Shown: positions 26,844 through 36,372 of the stretch, piece by piece
Numbering within the stretch: position 1 is the stretch's first letter
How the letters are laid out: the number at the start of each line of letters is the position of its first letter
NCBI GenBank assembly: GCA_013152415.1
Contig: JAADGI010000019.1
Location: 130,000-193,999 of the forward strand
Length of the DNA: 64,000 nucleotides
Reading direction: 5' to 3'
Source: Gammaproteobacteria bacterium
GTDB taxonomy: Bacteria > Pseudomonadota > Gammaproteobacteria > HyVt-429
The notes under the pieces: generated by a model
The model's database searches: none
What the model saw: only the letters and a program-made list of their open reading frames with translations
Told to the model about the DNA's origin: nothing
Program-made: the position numbers and the translations under genes

Positions 26844-28070
26844 TCAACCTTCCTGTCCCTGATCCAGCCCGAACGCCTTATGCAGGGTTCGTACTGCCAG
26901 CTCTAAATATTTATCGGCCAAAACCACAGAAATCTTAATTTCTGAGGTCGATATCATCTGGATATTAATCCCCTCTTCAGCTAGGGTTTTAAACATGGTG
27001 CTGGCCACACCGGCATGAGAACGCATTCCCACTCCTATCACTGAGACCTTGGCAATATCGTCGGCCCCTCTTACCTCCCGCGCCTTCACATCCTTGGCGG
27101 TTTTCTCCAGAATTTCCATGGCCTTGGGAAAATCGTTACGATGAACGGTGAAGGTAAAATTGGTGCTGCCGTCTTCACCCACATTCTGGATAATCATATC
27201 CACATTGATATGGGCATCGGCCACGGGACCCAAAATCCGTACGGCAATACCGGGCTCATCCGGGACTCCCAATATAGTAAGCTTGGCCTCGTCTCGGTTG
27301 TGGGCAATGCCAGAAATTAACGCCTGTTCCATATCGTCTTCCTCATAGCTGATCAGGGTACCGCCACCGGCCTCAAAGGCCGACAACACCCGTAGGGGGA
27401 CCCGGTATTTACCGGCAAATTCCACCGAACGGGTCTGTAATACCTTGGCCCCCAGGCTGGACAGTTCCAGCATTTCCTCCACCGTAATCCGCTCCAGACG
27501 TCTGGCCTCAGGCACAATACGTGGGTCGGCGGTGTAGACCCCATCCACATCGGTAAAGATACGGCATTCGTCCGCCTTCAAGGCTGCCGCCAGGGCCACC
27601 GCAGTGGTATCTGATCCGCCCCGGCCCAAGGTGGTGATATTGCCATCACAGTCCGCACCCTGAAACCCAGCCACCACCACCACCCGGCCCTCGGCCAAGT
27701 CACGGCGAATCGGCTCGGCGTCGATCTCCATGATACGTGCCTTGCCGTGTATATTATCGGTAAGAATATGCACCTGAGCACCGGTATAGGAACGCGCCGC
27801 GCAACCACGCTTATCCAATGCCATAGCGAGCAAGGCAATGGTCACCTGCTCGCCAGTAGACAGCAGCACGTCTAACTCACGGGCTGAGGCCCTGGCATGG
27901 ACTTCGGTGGCCATCGCCTGTAGCCGGTTGGTCTCACCACTCATGGCAGACACCACCACCACTACATCATGACCCTCACTACGGGTGCGCGCCACCTGTC
28001 GGGCTACCGCATCAATACGCTCGACGCTGCCAACAGAAGTCCCGCCAAATTTCTCTACATACAGGGCCAT
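26844..28070 (-). CDS. lysC: aspartate kinase
   Basis: MALYVEKFGGTSVGSVERI at the internal Met. The amino-acid kinase domain and C-terminal ACT domains are present. The track ORF extends 100 codons upstream into alaS and is not credible. Confidence 0.9.
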   Translation of the reverse strand: MALYVEKFGGTSVGSVERIDAVARQVARTRSEGHDVVVVVSAMSGETNRLQAMATEVHARASARELDVLLSTGEQVTIALLAMALDKRGCAARSYTGAQVHILTDNIHGKARIMEIDAEPIRRDLAEGRVVVVAGFQGADCDGNITTLGRGGSDTTAVALAAALKADECRIFTDVDGVYTADPRIVPEARRLERITVEEMLELSSLGAKVLQTRSVEFAGKYRVPLRVLSAFEAGGGTLISYEEDDMEQALISGIAHNRDEAKLTILGVPDEPGIAVRILGPVADAHINVDMIIQNVGEDGSTNFTFTVHRNDFPKAMEILEKTAKDVKAREVRGADDIAKVSVIGVGMRSHAGVASTMFKTLAEEGINIQMISTSEIKISVVLADKYLELAVRTLHKAFGLDQGQEG

Positions 28071-28242
28071 AATGGGTAAAACCGGGTTTTTAGAATGAAT
28101 CCATTGCCCTCGTGCCCGAAGGCAGTGGGAGCAACATGCTCGACATGAACTTAAAGTGACTGCAAAATAAAGGGGCCGATTAGACCCTGTTTCACAACAG
28201 CTGTAAACCTCGGTAGAAACTGGGGAGCTCTGTGGAGAAGAC

Positions 28243-30846
28243 TCAGGAAAGAAGTGTTTCGGTATGAGCGTAAACTGCGTCGAGGGCCGAATCCAGAGCA
28301 GACACGTCATTGCCACCCGCCTGGGCCATATCCGGTCGCCCACCACCCTTTCCACCGACCTGCTCGGCAACCATAGCGATCAATTTGCCAGCGTGTACTT
28401 TTTTGCTCAGGTCCTGGGTGACCCCGGCGATCAGGGCCACCTTGCCATTGGTAGCAGAACCAAGAACAATCACTGCACTACCGAGCTTATCCTTGAGCTG
28501 GTCTACACTGGTGCGCAGGGCCTTGGAGTCGGCACCTTCCAATCGTGCCGATAACACCTTAATACCCTTGATATCACGTGCAGAGGACAGGAGCTCACCG
28601 CTACCGGTTCTGGCGAGCTGCCCCTTCAGACGCTCCAATTCCTTCTCGAGGCTGCGGTTACGCTCCACTAACTGCTCCACCTTGGCTTCCACATCCTCTC
28701 GCCCGCCTTTAACCCGTTGAGCGATGCGCAACAATGCGCTGGACTCAAAACGAGTGGCCTCCAAGGCCGCCGCGCCGGTAACTGCCTCAAGACGCCGCAC
28801 CCCCGCAGCGATACCCGCCTCAGTGAAAATACGAAACAGACCGATGTCACCCGTGCGGGCCACGTGGGTGCCACCACATAACTCCGTTGAAAACTCTCCC
28901 ATGGCCACCACCCGAACCTGATCACCGTATTTCTCTCCAAAAAGGGCCGTGGCCCCTGACTTCTTGGCATCTTCCAGGTCCATTAGCCGGGTTTCCACCT
29001 CCCGATTGGCACGAATCTCGGTATTGACCCGTTGCTCTATGGCCGTTATTTCATCGTGGGTCACGGGGCTGGAGTGAGAAAAATCAAAGCGCAATCGATC
29101 GGCATCTACCAATGAGCCCTTTTGTTGAACATGATCGCCCAACACTTCTTTCAGGGCAGCGTGCATCAAGTGGGTGGCGGAGTGGTTAGCCGCCGTAGCT
29201 AAACGCCCCGCCCCATTAACCTCAGCGTGGACCTGATCGCCTATTTTGAGGGTGCCCTGAGACAGCCGCCCAATATGGCCCCAGGCTACGCTGTTCAGTT
29301 TGCGGGTATCACTCACATCGAAGACCGCATTGTCACTATGCAAGCGGCCTTGATCACCTACCTGTCCACCGCTCTCGGCATAAAAGGGTGTCCGGTCCAA
29401 TACCACGATCGCCTCGTCTCCGACCTTGAGACTATCGGTGGACTTACCTTCCACGAACACCACCAGGACCTTGGCGGTATCTTCGGTACGGCCATAGCCA
29501 GTAAACTCGGTGACAATATTGCTCTCGAGCTCCAGATTATCGTCCATCGCAAATTGGTTGGCAGCCCGGCCACGGGCGCGTTGAGCTTCCATGGCCACTT
29601 CAAATCCAGCACTATCGATATGAAGACCTCGTTCACGGGCGATGTCGGCGGTCAGGTCAGCGGGAAAACCGTAAGTATCATACAGCTGAAACACCACATC
29701 ACCGGTAATGGTCTTGTTTTTACCTTTGAGTGAGGTGATATGTTGTTCAAGAAGTTTCATACCCTGTTCCAGGGTCTCACCAAAGCGTTGTTCTTCCTGC
29801 TTGAGTTCGTCTTCTACCCGTTTTTGCGCCTGGCTGAGTTCAGGGTAGGCCTGGCCCATTTCTTTTACCAACGGCTTGACCAATTTGTAAAAGAAAATGT
29901 CGCCGCCCAGTTGGCGCCCATGGCGTATGGCGCGACGAATGATGCGGCGTAACACATAACCCCGGCCTTCATTGGAGGGTATGACGCCGTCCACAATCAG
30001 AAACGCACAAGAACGAATATGATCGGCTATGACGTTCAGGGATTTATTGCTCAAATCATCGGTACCCAACAATTTTGCCGCTGCGGTCACCAGGTTCTTA
30101 AACAGATCAATGTCATAATTTCCGTGAACCCCTTGTTTGACTGCTGCCAGACGCTCCAGACCCATACCGGTATCTACCGAGGGTTTGGGTAATGGGCTCA
30201 GCTTGCCGTTTTTGTCCCGGTTGTATTGCATAAACACCAGGTTCCATATCTCCACATAGCGGTCGCCTTCGGCCTCCGGACTCCCCGGTGGACCACCGGC
30301 CACATCGGCACCGTGGTCGTAGAAGATTTCAGAGCAAGGGCCACAGGGCCCGGTCTCACCCATAGACCAAAAATTGTCATCTCCCGAAATGTGCACCAGA
30401 CGTTTTGGGTCGATACCAATATCTTTGAGCCAAATATCTGCGGCCTCGCTATCGTCTACATACACTGTGACCCAAAGCCGATCGGCTTCAATGGCCATGG
30501 TCTGGGTCAGAAACTCCCAGGCGTATTGAATGGCATCACGTTTGAAGTAATCCCCAAAACTGAAATTGCCCAGCATCTCAAAGAAGGTATGGTGGCGGGC
30601 GGTGTAACCGACATTTTCCAGGTCATTGTGCTTACCGCCGGCACGCACACAGCGCTGTACGCTGGCAGCACGCCGATAGCTACGCTTGTCAACACCCAGA
30701 AAAACATCCTTAAACTGCACCATACCGGCATTGGTAAACAGCAAGGTGGGGTCATTGCCCGGCACCAAGGAACTGCTGGCCACAAGCTCATGGTCGCGGC
30801 TGGCAAAATATTCCAAAAATGCCTGGCGTATGTCGGCGCTAGTCAT
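28243..30846 (-). CDS. alaS: alanine--tRNA ligase
   Basis: 867 aa. The [10 protein letters not shown] class II motif, the editing domain [16 protein letters not shown] and the C-terminal DHHA1 domain are present. Confidence 0.95.
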   Translation of the reverse strand: MTSADIRQAFLEYFASRDHELVASSSLVPGNDPTLLFTNAGMVQFKDVFLGVDKRSYRRAASVQRCVRAGGKHNDLENVGYTARHHTFFEMLGNFSFGDYFKRDAIQYAWEFLTQTMAIEADRLWVTVYVDDSEAADIWLKDIGIDPKRLVHISGDDNFWSMGETGPCGPCSEIFYDHGADVAGGPPGSPEAEGDRYVEIWNLVFMQYNRDKNGKLSPLPKPSVDTGMGLERLAAVKQGVHGNYDIDLFKNLVTAAAKLLGTDDLSNKSLNVIADHIRSCAFLIVDGVIPSNEGRGYVLRRIIRRAIRHGRQLGGDIFFYKLVKPLVKEMGQAYPELSQAQKRVEDELKQEEQRFGETLEQGMKLLEQHITSLKGKNKTITGDVVFQLYDTYGFPADLTADIARERGLHIDSAGFEVAMEAQRARGRAANQFAMDDNLELESNIVTEFTGYGRTEDTAKVLVVFVEGKSTDSLKVGDEAIVVLDRTPFYAESGGQVGDQGRLHSDNAVFDVSDTRKLNSVAWGHIGRLSQGTLKIGDQVHAEVNGAGRLATAANHSATHLMHAALKEVLGDHVQQKGSLVDADRLRFDFSHSSPVTHDEITAIEQRVNTEIRANREVETRLMDLEDAKKSGATALFGEKYGDQVRVVAMGEFSTELCGGTHVARTGDIGLFRIFTEAGIAAGVRRLEAVTGAAALEATRFESSALLRIAQRVKGGREDVEAKVEQLVERNRSLEKELERLKGQLARTGSGELLSSARDIKGIKVLSARLEGADSKALRTSVDQLKDKLGSAVIVLGSATNGKVALIAGVTQDLSKKVHAGKLIAMVAEQVGGKGGGRPDMAQAGGNDVSALDSALDAVYAHTETLLS

Positions 30847-30949
30847 ATCACTCTAAATTCATTGGGTTGTGGTTACCGAATTGAACAGGGATGGCCCAGC
30901 CCCGATAGCATCAGCCCCTAGTGGGGCACACGCCTTAGTAGCCACGTCG

Positions 30950-31375
30950 TTAACAGGATTCACACATATAGGGCTGTATTGTCTGATTGATCTGCTCGCG
31001 GGTAAAGCCCCGTGATTGTAAAAAACGCATGCGCCGGGTTTGTTCACGATAATCCTGCGGTTCTGCATCGTGGTATTTCTTCTGGTAGACCGCCACAACA
31101 CGATTTAGCCAGTCCGGATGATTAAAATCCACCCACTGGTCAATAATCTCTTCAGGCAAACCTTTTTCCTTCATCTCCAGGGCGATACGCACCGGTCCAT
31201 AGCCCTTATTGCAACGAACACTAAACAGGGCCTCTGCAAACCGTTGATCGGAAACAAGCTTATCCTCAATCAGGACCCCAACCACGGCATTGGCCTGATC
31301 GGGGTCAAATCCCTTTTTGATGAGCTTGGCCAGCAACTCCCGACAGCCGTATTCACGACGTGCCAACATATCCAT
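30950..31375 (-). CDS. recX: RecA regulator RecX (true start probably upstream at a non-ATG codon)
   Basis: NKGYGPVRIALEMKEKGL and the three-helix repeat pattern are present. The in-frame upstream extension (…APARARHV) resembles a RecX N-terminus and would overlap the recA 3' end. Confidence 0.8.
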   Translation of the reverse strand: MDMLARREYGCRELLAKLIKKGFDPDQANAVVGVLIEDKLVSDQRFAEALFSVRCNKGYGPVRIALEMKEKGLPEEIIDQWVDFNHPDWLNRVVAVYQKKYHDAEPQDYREQTRRMRFLQSRGFTREQINQTIQPYMCESC

Positions 31376-31422
31376 GGCAACATGCCGGGCACGAGCCGGA
31401 GCTCGCTGAGTCGATTGGGTGC

Positions 31423-32514
31423 TCAGGCGCTTGCCTCTTCTGGTATGTCGGCAGCGGCCTCCACCTCTTTTAGCACAACAGCGGGCTTAGCTGACTTGGT
31501 GGGCTTAAGGGATTTAAGGCCCAGGGCCTCGCGCACCCGCGATTCGATTTCGCCAGAAATCTCCGGGTGTTCTTTCAAAAATTGGCGGGCATTGTCTCGG
31601 CCCTGGCCAATACGATCTTTCTTGTAGCTATACCAGGCACCGGATTTATCGACGATCTTGTGGTCTACACCCAGATCAATGATCTCACCCTCGTGGGAAA
31701 TGCCTTCATCATAAAGAATATCAAATTCACATTTCTTAAATGGTGGTGCAACCTTATTTTTCACCACCTTGACCCGGGTCTGGTTACCGACCACCTCATC
31801 ACCCTTTTTGATCGCCCCGATACGCCGAATATCAAGACGTACCGAAGAGTAAAACTTGAGGGCATTACCACCGGTAGTGGTCTCGGGATTACCAAACATC
31901 ACCCCGATTTTCATGCGAATCTGGTTAATAAAGATCACCATGGTATTGGAGCGCTTGATGTTGGCGGTGAGCTTGCGCAAGGCCTGGGACATCAACCGGG
32001 CCTGAAGGCCCATATGGGAATCGCCCATCTCGCCCTCGATTTCTGCCTTGGGGGTCAGGGCCGCCACCGAGTCCACCACAATCACATCCACGGCTGCGGA
32101 ACGCACCAGCATATCGGCAATCTCCAGGGCCTGCTCACCGGTGTCCGGTTGCGAGACCAACAACTCGTCCACATCCACACCCAACTTGGCCGCATAGGAC
32201 GGGTCCAGGGCGTGCTCGGCATCAATAAACGCCGCCGCCCCACCCAGCTTTTGGGCCTGGGCAATCACCGACAAGGTGAGGGTGGTCTTACCCGAAGACT
32301 CGGGACCGTATATTTCAACCACCCGACCCCGTGGCAGCCCGCCTATGCCGAGGGCGATATCCAGGCTCAAGGAGCCGGTGGGTATCGTGCCAATGTCCTG
32401 CATGAGACTACCATCCCCCATGCGCATCACCGCCCCCTTGCCAAACTGTTTTTCGATCTGGCTCAGGGCCGCAGTCAGTGCCTTTTGTTTATTCGCGTCC
32501 ATTTTTTTCTCCAA
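31423..32514 (-). CDS. recA: recombinase RecA
   Basis: [23 protein letters not shown], the Walker [10 protein letters not shown] and the L2 loop region are present. Length 363 aa. Confidence 0.95.
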   Translation of the reverse strand: MEKKMDANKQKALTAALSQIEKQFGKGAVMRMGDGSLMQDIGTIPTGSLSLDIALGIGGLPRGRVVEIYGPESSGKTTLTLSVIAQAQKLGGAAAFIDAEHALDPSYAAKLGVDVDELLVSQPDTGEQALEIADMLVRSAAVDVIVVDSVAALTPKAEIEGEMGDSHMGLQARLMSQALRKLTANIKRSNTMVIFINQIRMKIGVMFGNPETTTGGNALKFYSSVRLDIRRIGAIKKGDEVVGNQTRVKVVKNKVAPPFKKCEFDILYDEGISHEGEIIDLGVDHKIVDKSGAWYSYKKDRIGQGRDNARQFLKEHPEISGEIESRVREALGLKSLKPTKSAKPAVVLKEVEAAADIPEEASA

Positions 32515-32549
32515 GTTAATGAATTATTACACATCTACCAAAACCTGAC

Positions 32550-33131
32550 CTAGCTCACTTGTTCCAGGCCCAATTCCGCACCGCCAACCAATGCCGACCA
32601 ACGGTGCAGCACTTCATAGTGGCTACCCTGGGCACCTATATGAGAGCGGACCAGACAAAGCTGATTCACACTCCAATCAATGCCCTTAAAGTCCAACTGG
32701 GGCAAACAACGTGCCTTACGCACCAGGCTCACGTGGGCCTGAAAGGGCCGGGCCTCCACCCTGAACCCGTAATCACCCAAACCATCACGTAATTGGGTGA
32801 CCCATGCCAACAACGCCGGGGGGGTGGAACCACACCCCGCCCAAACAATCCTGGGGCGGGACCACCACCCGAGCCGGTCCAGGCGCAGTTCGAAGGGTCG
32901 GATATCAATGGAACCGGCCACCTGAATCACCTGATCCAACTGATCTGTGGTTACTGCACCTATAAAGACCAGGGTCATGTGGATATTTGCAGCCACCGTG
33001 GGACGACCCTTGCATTGTGTTACACAGTCCTCAGCCATTTGGGCCAAAAACTGCTGCTGTGTCCTATTCGGCCACAGGGCCAAAAAGACCCGTTGAGGCC
33101 GGGAGGCCACTGATCGAGTTGCCATATTCAA
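32550..33131 (-). CDS. thpR: RNA 2',3'-cyclic phosphodiesterase (2H family, ThpR/LigT)
   Basis: Two H-x-T/S-x motifs (HMTLVFIG, HVSLVRK) are present. Length about 190 aa. Confidence 0.8.
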   Translation of the reverse strand: MNMATRSVASRPQRVFLALWPNRTQQQFLAQMAEDCVTQCKGRPTVAANIHMTLVFIGAVTTDQLDQVIQVAGSIDIRPFELRLDRLGWWSRPRIVWAGCGSTPPALLAWVTQLRDGLGDYGFRVEARPFQAHVSLVRKARCLPQLDFKGIDWSVNQLCLVRSHIGAQGSHYEVLHRWSALVGGAELGLEQVS

Positions 33132-33685
33132 TCCACCTCCTGTCCCAGGCGTGCCAACACACCCAAAAGTGCGTACCGCACCGCCTGTTCCCGAACGGCC
33201 AGACGATCACCCTGGAAACACTGCCGGTCGGTATCCACGGCAGCATCCTTCATGGTGGTATCTTTCACCGCCCAGGCAAACCATACCGTACCGACGGGCT
33301 TGGTCTCGGTGCCCCCACCCGGCCCGGCGATACCGGATACCGCCACGGCCACATGGGCCTGACTATGCCCTAATGCCCCCAGGGCCATGGCGATCACCGT
33401 GGCCTCACTTACAGCACCCTGCTCAACCAAAGTTTGTACTGGTACTCCCAGCATGTCCTGCTTGGCAATATTACTGTAGGTGACAAATCCACAGTCAAAC
33501 CACCGTGAACTGCCTGCCACACTGGTCATGACTTGGGCAATGCCGCCACCGGTACAGGACTCCGCCGTGGTCAACAACCACTTCCGGGAGACCATCAATT
33601 CACCGATCTGCTGGGCCAATCCTGTCGATTCCAATCTCAATGTCCTCTTTGCTCTCGTAACGACTACGAGACTCTTGTGCCCCAT
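33128..33685 (-). CDS. pncC: nicotinamide-nucleotide amidohydrolase (CinA C-terminal domain)
   Basis: LLTTAESCTGGGIAQVMTSVAGSSRWFDCGFVTYSNIAKQDMLGV aligns with E. coli PncC (LATAESCTGGW...SSAWFERGFVTYSNEAK). The start is uncertain because the track ORF is N-terminally extended. Confidence 0.7.
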   Translation of the reverse strand: MGHKSLVVVTRAKRTLRLESTGLAQQIGELMVSRKWLLTTAESCTGGGIAQVMTSVAGSSRWFDCGFVTYSNIAKQDMLGVPVQTLVEQGAVSEATVIAMALGALGHSQAHVAVAVSGIAGPGGGTETKPVGTVWFAWAVKDTTMKDAAVDTDRQCFQGDRLAVREQAVRYALLGVLARLGQEVD

Positions 33686-33776
33686 CACCCCTGGGCTCGT
33701 GGCCCCAGTCCAAGACCCCTGCCAAGACCCCTGACAGGGCTCTTGCATCTGTCTGCGGAACATTCTATCCTAAGTG

Positions 33777-33791
33777 AGAACAAAAAGAGAA
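33777..33791 (+). promoter_or_regulatory. GAAC-N7-GAAC direct repeat abutting the lexA start (candidate SOS box, alphaproteobacterial type)
   Basis: GAACAAAAAGAGAAC was read directly, ending about 8 nt before the lexA ATG. No CTGT-N8-ACAG box was found near lexA or recA. Confidence 0.25.
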
Positions 33792-33798
33792 CACTTTT

Positions 33799-34425
33799 AT
33801 GCCAACAGATCGTGAACGTCAGACACTTGAGTTTGTCCGTGCCTATACTGCGGAACACGGCTTCCCCCCCAAACTGAGGGAAATTGCCTCCCATTTGGGG
33901 ATTCAGTCCCGGGGCACCGTACACCGCTACCTGAGCGCCTTGAGGCAGGCCGGATTGATTGAGATCGAGCCCGAACGGGCTCGAGGTATTCAGGTCACCG
34001 GCCCCACAGAGTTAAAGGGTTCTGAGGAGACCGATATTGCCGGTCCAGGCACTCTGCCCCTGCTCGGACGTATTGCCGCCGGTATCCCCATTGAGGCTAT
34101 CCCCGGCCAGGATTGCATCAATCTCAGTGAGTTTTTTGTCCGCCCCAACCGTTTTGTGCTCCGGGTCCAGGGCGATTCCATGATGGATGACGGTATTCTG
34201 GACGGCGATATGGTCATTGTAGAAAAACGCGACAGTGCCGATGACAATGAAATTGTAGTAGCCCTCATCGACCTGGAAGAGGCCACCTTAAAACGCTTAC
34301 AGCGTAACCCGGACGGCAGCGTCACCCTGCACCCCGCTAATTGTGATATGCAACCGATGCGCTACAGCGGTGAGCGGGTACGTATCCAGGGCGTGGTGGT
34401 GGGACAATTCAGGTCTTATCGATAA
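33799..34425 (+). CDS. lexA: LexA repressor
   Basis: N-terminal winged HTH (KLREIASHLGIQSRGTVHRYLSALRQAGLIE). C-terminal S24 domain with GDSMMDDGILDGD and VVGQFR. Confidence 0.9.
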   Translation: MPTDRERQTLEFVRAYTAEHGFPPKLREIASHLGIQSRGTVHRYLSALRQAGLIEIEPERARGIQVTGPTELKGSEETDIAGPGTLPLLGRIAAGIPIEAIPGQDCINLSEFFVRPNRFVLRVQGDSMMDDGILDGDMVIVEKRDSADDNEIVVALIDLEEATLKRLQRNPDGSVTLHPANCDMQPMRYSGERVRIQGVVVGQFRSYR

Positions 34426-35391
34426 GTGGATGACCACAGTTGCTACTGGCCACGGGCGTTTGTTTATTTATATCACCGCCCTGCCAAACAACAGGTGTTC
34501 CAGGCATCGGATCAGAACACGCTCAGGCTAGTCCCTGGTTTAAATCCCATGACACGCCAGTTGTGCGATGAAGTCCTGAATATAAAAAAGCCGCTAATAC
34601 AACAAGATGCCAAAGGCATTTGGCTCGATATCACCCATTGGCAACCCCGTCACGGCACCCCATCATGTATTGCCCGGGTATTACGGAATGCCTGGCTGGA
34701 ACAAGCAACCGCCCCACCGGTCACCTTGGGAGTCGCATCCAACCGACACCTGGCGCGTTTCGCCTCCCTTTGTGCTGCCGTTGACGAGATCCACGTACTG
34801 CCACCCTGGCAGATCCACGACAGCCGGGATCAGATTGCCATAGCCGATGTGATTCCCCTGGACCCGTCTCAGAATCATCTACTCCACTCCCAGGGGATCG
34901 TTACCCTCAAAGATCTGGCCCACTGCCCCTTCGATAGCCTGCTACACCGGGCACCCTCCCTGGCCAAACAACTGTGGTCACTTTACCTGGGTCGAGACCA
35001 GGACATCACTATTGAGATGCTCAACCAATCACATAAAATGGCCCTGATACTCCCTCCCAATACTAATAGCCCGAAAACATTAACACGCTACCTAAAAAGA
35101 GCCTGTGCCAGTGTGATACGGCAATTAAATCAACGGCAGTTGATTGCAGGGCGTGGTGACATCACCCTGCACCTTGGTAGTGCCCAGGGTCCTGTAGCTG
35201 AGAATAAAAATTCCAGATATTCACTGGCAAGTGAAGAAGACAGCGGAATTGATCTGCCCACCATGGCCACCAAATTGCTCAAACAATGGGATGGCAGGGC
35301 GGTAAGCGAGATCGTCATCGAAGTGACTGCATTACAGCACTGCCACGGTCAACTGGACATGTTTCGGGATGAGCCCACCCTGGCGGCCTAG
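34426..35391 (+). CDS. truncated Y-family DNA polymerase-like protein (ImuB-like), GTG start coupled to the lexA stop
   Basis: VTLGVASNRHLARFAS...IHVLPPWQ...LHSQGIVTLKDLAHCPFDSLLHRAPSLAKQLWSLYLGRDQ aligns to the DinB/ImuB thumb region (IGVASNKLLAKLAS...LPV..LWGVG..T..KL..LGI.T..DL). The N-terminal palm and C-terminal little finger are shortened. Confidence 0.5.
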   Translation: MDDHSCYWPRAFVYLYHRPAKQQVFQASDQNTLRLVPGLNPMTRQLCDEVLNIKKPLIQQDAKGIWLDITHWQPRHGTPSCIARVLRNAWLEQATAPPVTLGVASNRHLARFASLCAAVDEIHVLPPWQIHDSRDQIAIADVIPLDPSQNHLLHSQGIVTLKDLAHCPFDSLLHRAPSLAKQLWSLYLGRDQDITIEMLNQSHKMALILPPNTNSPKTLTRYLKRACASVIRQLNQRQLIAGRGDITLHLGSAQGPVAENKNSRYSLASEEDSGIDLPTMATKLLKQWDGRAVSEIVIEVTALQHCHGQLDMFRDEPTLAA

Positions 35392-35489
35392 AGTCTATTT
35401 GCACAACCTGAAGGAAAACAAAAGTGACCCGACATCACTCTCAGCAGATATCGGGTAACCCGTACCCCAGCCGCTGAACACCACCATTA

Positions 35490-36245
35490 TTATGGGAGGC
35501 CTTTTAACTCCCGCTGGCGCAGGGCCTCATAAAGGCATACCCCGGCGGCCACTGAAACATTGAGACTGGCGACCTCACCGTGCATGGGGATCTTGATTAA
35601 CAGGTCACAGACCTCTTTGCTCAACCGGCGTAAGCCCTGCCCCTCTGCCCCCAGCACCAAGGCCAGGGGGCCCTTAAGGTCAGTATGGTGAAGGTCGCTT
35701 TCGCCTCTTTCATCCAGGCCCACCAACCACAAGCCCGCATCTTTGAGCATGCGCAGGACTCGGGCCAGGTTCGCCACCTGAAACAAGGGCAGTGATTCCA
35801 CCGCCCCACTGGCCACTCGATGCACCGTGGCAGTGAGTGGGCTGGAACGATCTCGAGGAATCACCACCGCATCCACACCCACCCCCGAGGCGGTGCGCAG
35901 ACAGGCCCCCAGATTGTGGGGATCTTGCACCCCGTCCAGCACTAATAGAAAAGGGGGTTGCTCGAGGGATTCCAGGAACGACATCAAGTCACGCTCACCG
36001 CGAATGGGCAAGGGCTGGCACCGTAACAGGGCACCCTGGTGACGCCCCTTTTGGCTTAGCTGGTCTAACTTCTCCTTCGGCACCCAACGCCAACGTACCC
36101 CATTGGCCTCGGCCTGCTCACGCAGGGTGTTTAGACGTTGATCACGGCGGCCTTCGGATAACAACAACACGTCGACGCGTTCTGGATGCCTTTGAAGGGC
36201 AGACTCCACCGGATGGATACCGAAAATAATATCGTTGTCAGGCAT
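35490..36245 (-). CDS. rlmB: 23S rRNA (guanosine-2'-O)-methyltransferase RlmB (SpoU family)
   Basis: The SpoU MTase motifs LVLDGVQDPHNLGACLRTA and the C-terminal knot region (LNVSVAAGVCLYE) are present. It sits immediately downstream of rnr, as in E. coli. Confidence 0.85.
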   Translation of the reverse strand: MPDNDIIFGIHPVESALQRHPERVDVLLLSEGRRDQRLNTLREQAEANGVRWRWVPKEKLDQLSQKGRHQGALLRCQPLPIRGERDLMSFLESLEQPPFLLVLDGVQDPHNLGACLRTASGVGVDAVVIPRDRSSPLTATVHRVASGAVESLPLFQVANLARVLRMLKDAGLWLVGLDERGESDLHHTDLKGPLALVLGAEGQGLRRLSKEVCDLLIKIPMHGEVASLNVSVAAGVCLYEALRQRELKGLP

Positions 36246-36372
36246 TAGTTAAAACTGTGGGCAAACACGAATAAAGTCTTCTCCCCATCAAGGGTGCACC
36301 AAGGTCTGTGAACTCTGTGCCTCTATGGTAAATGTGACGAATTACCCAGACAATATCGGAAAAAACCATTAC

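Noticed and set aside
28071-28242. Possible lysine riboswitch (L-box) in the lysC 5' leader between alaS and lysC
   Set aside because: I read the minus-strand leader. It lacks the conserved L-box core elements that I can recall (the AGAGGCGC-type 5' box and the TGGAG/GCCGAAGG-type internal motifs). It has only a weak GCCTTCGGGC hairpin. Without a covariance-model search this cannot be supported.
26844-28370. Track ORF giving lysC a 100-codon N-terminal extension overlapping alaS
   Set aside because: The aspartokinase signature MALYVEKFGG starts at the internal Met (28070). The extension runs antisense-overlapping the alaS C-terminus and has no homology, so it is an ORF-caller artefact.
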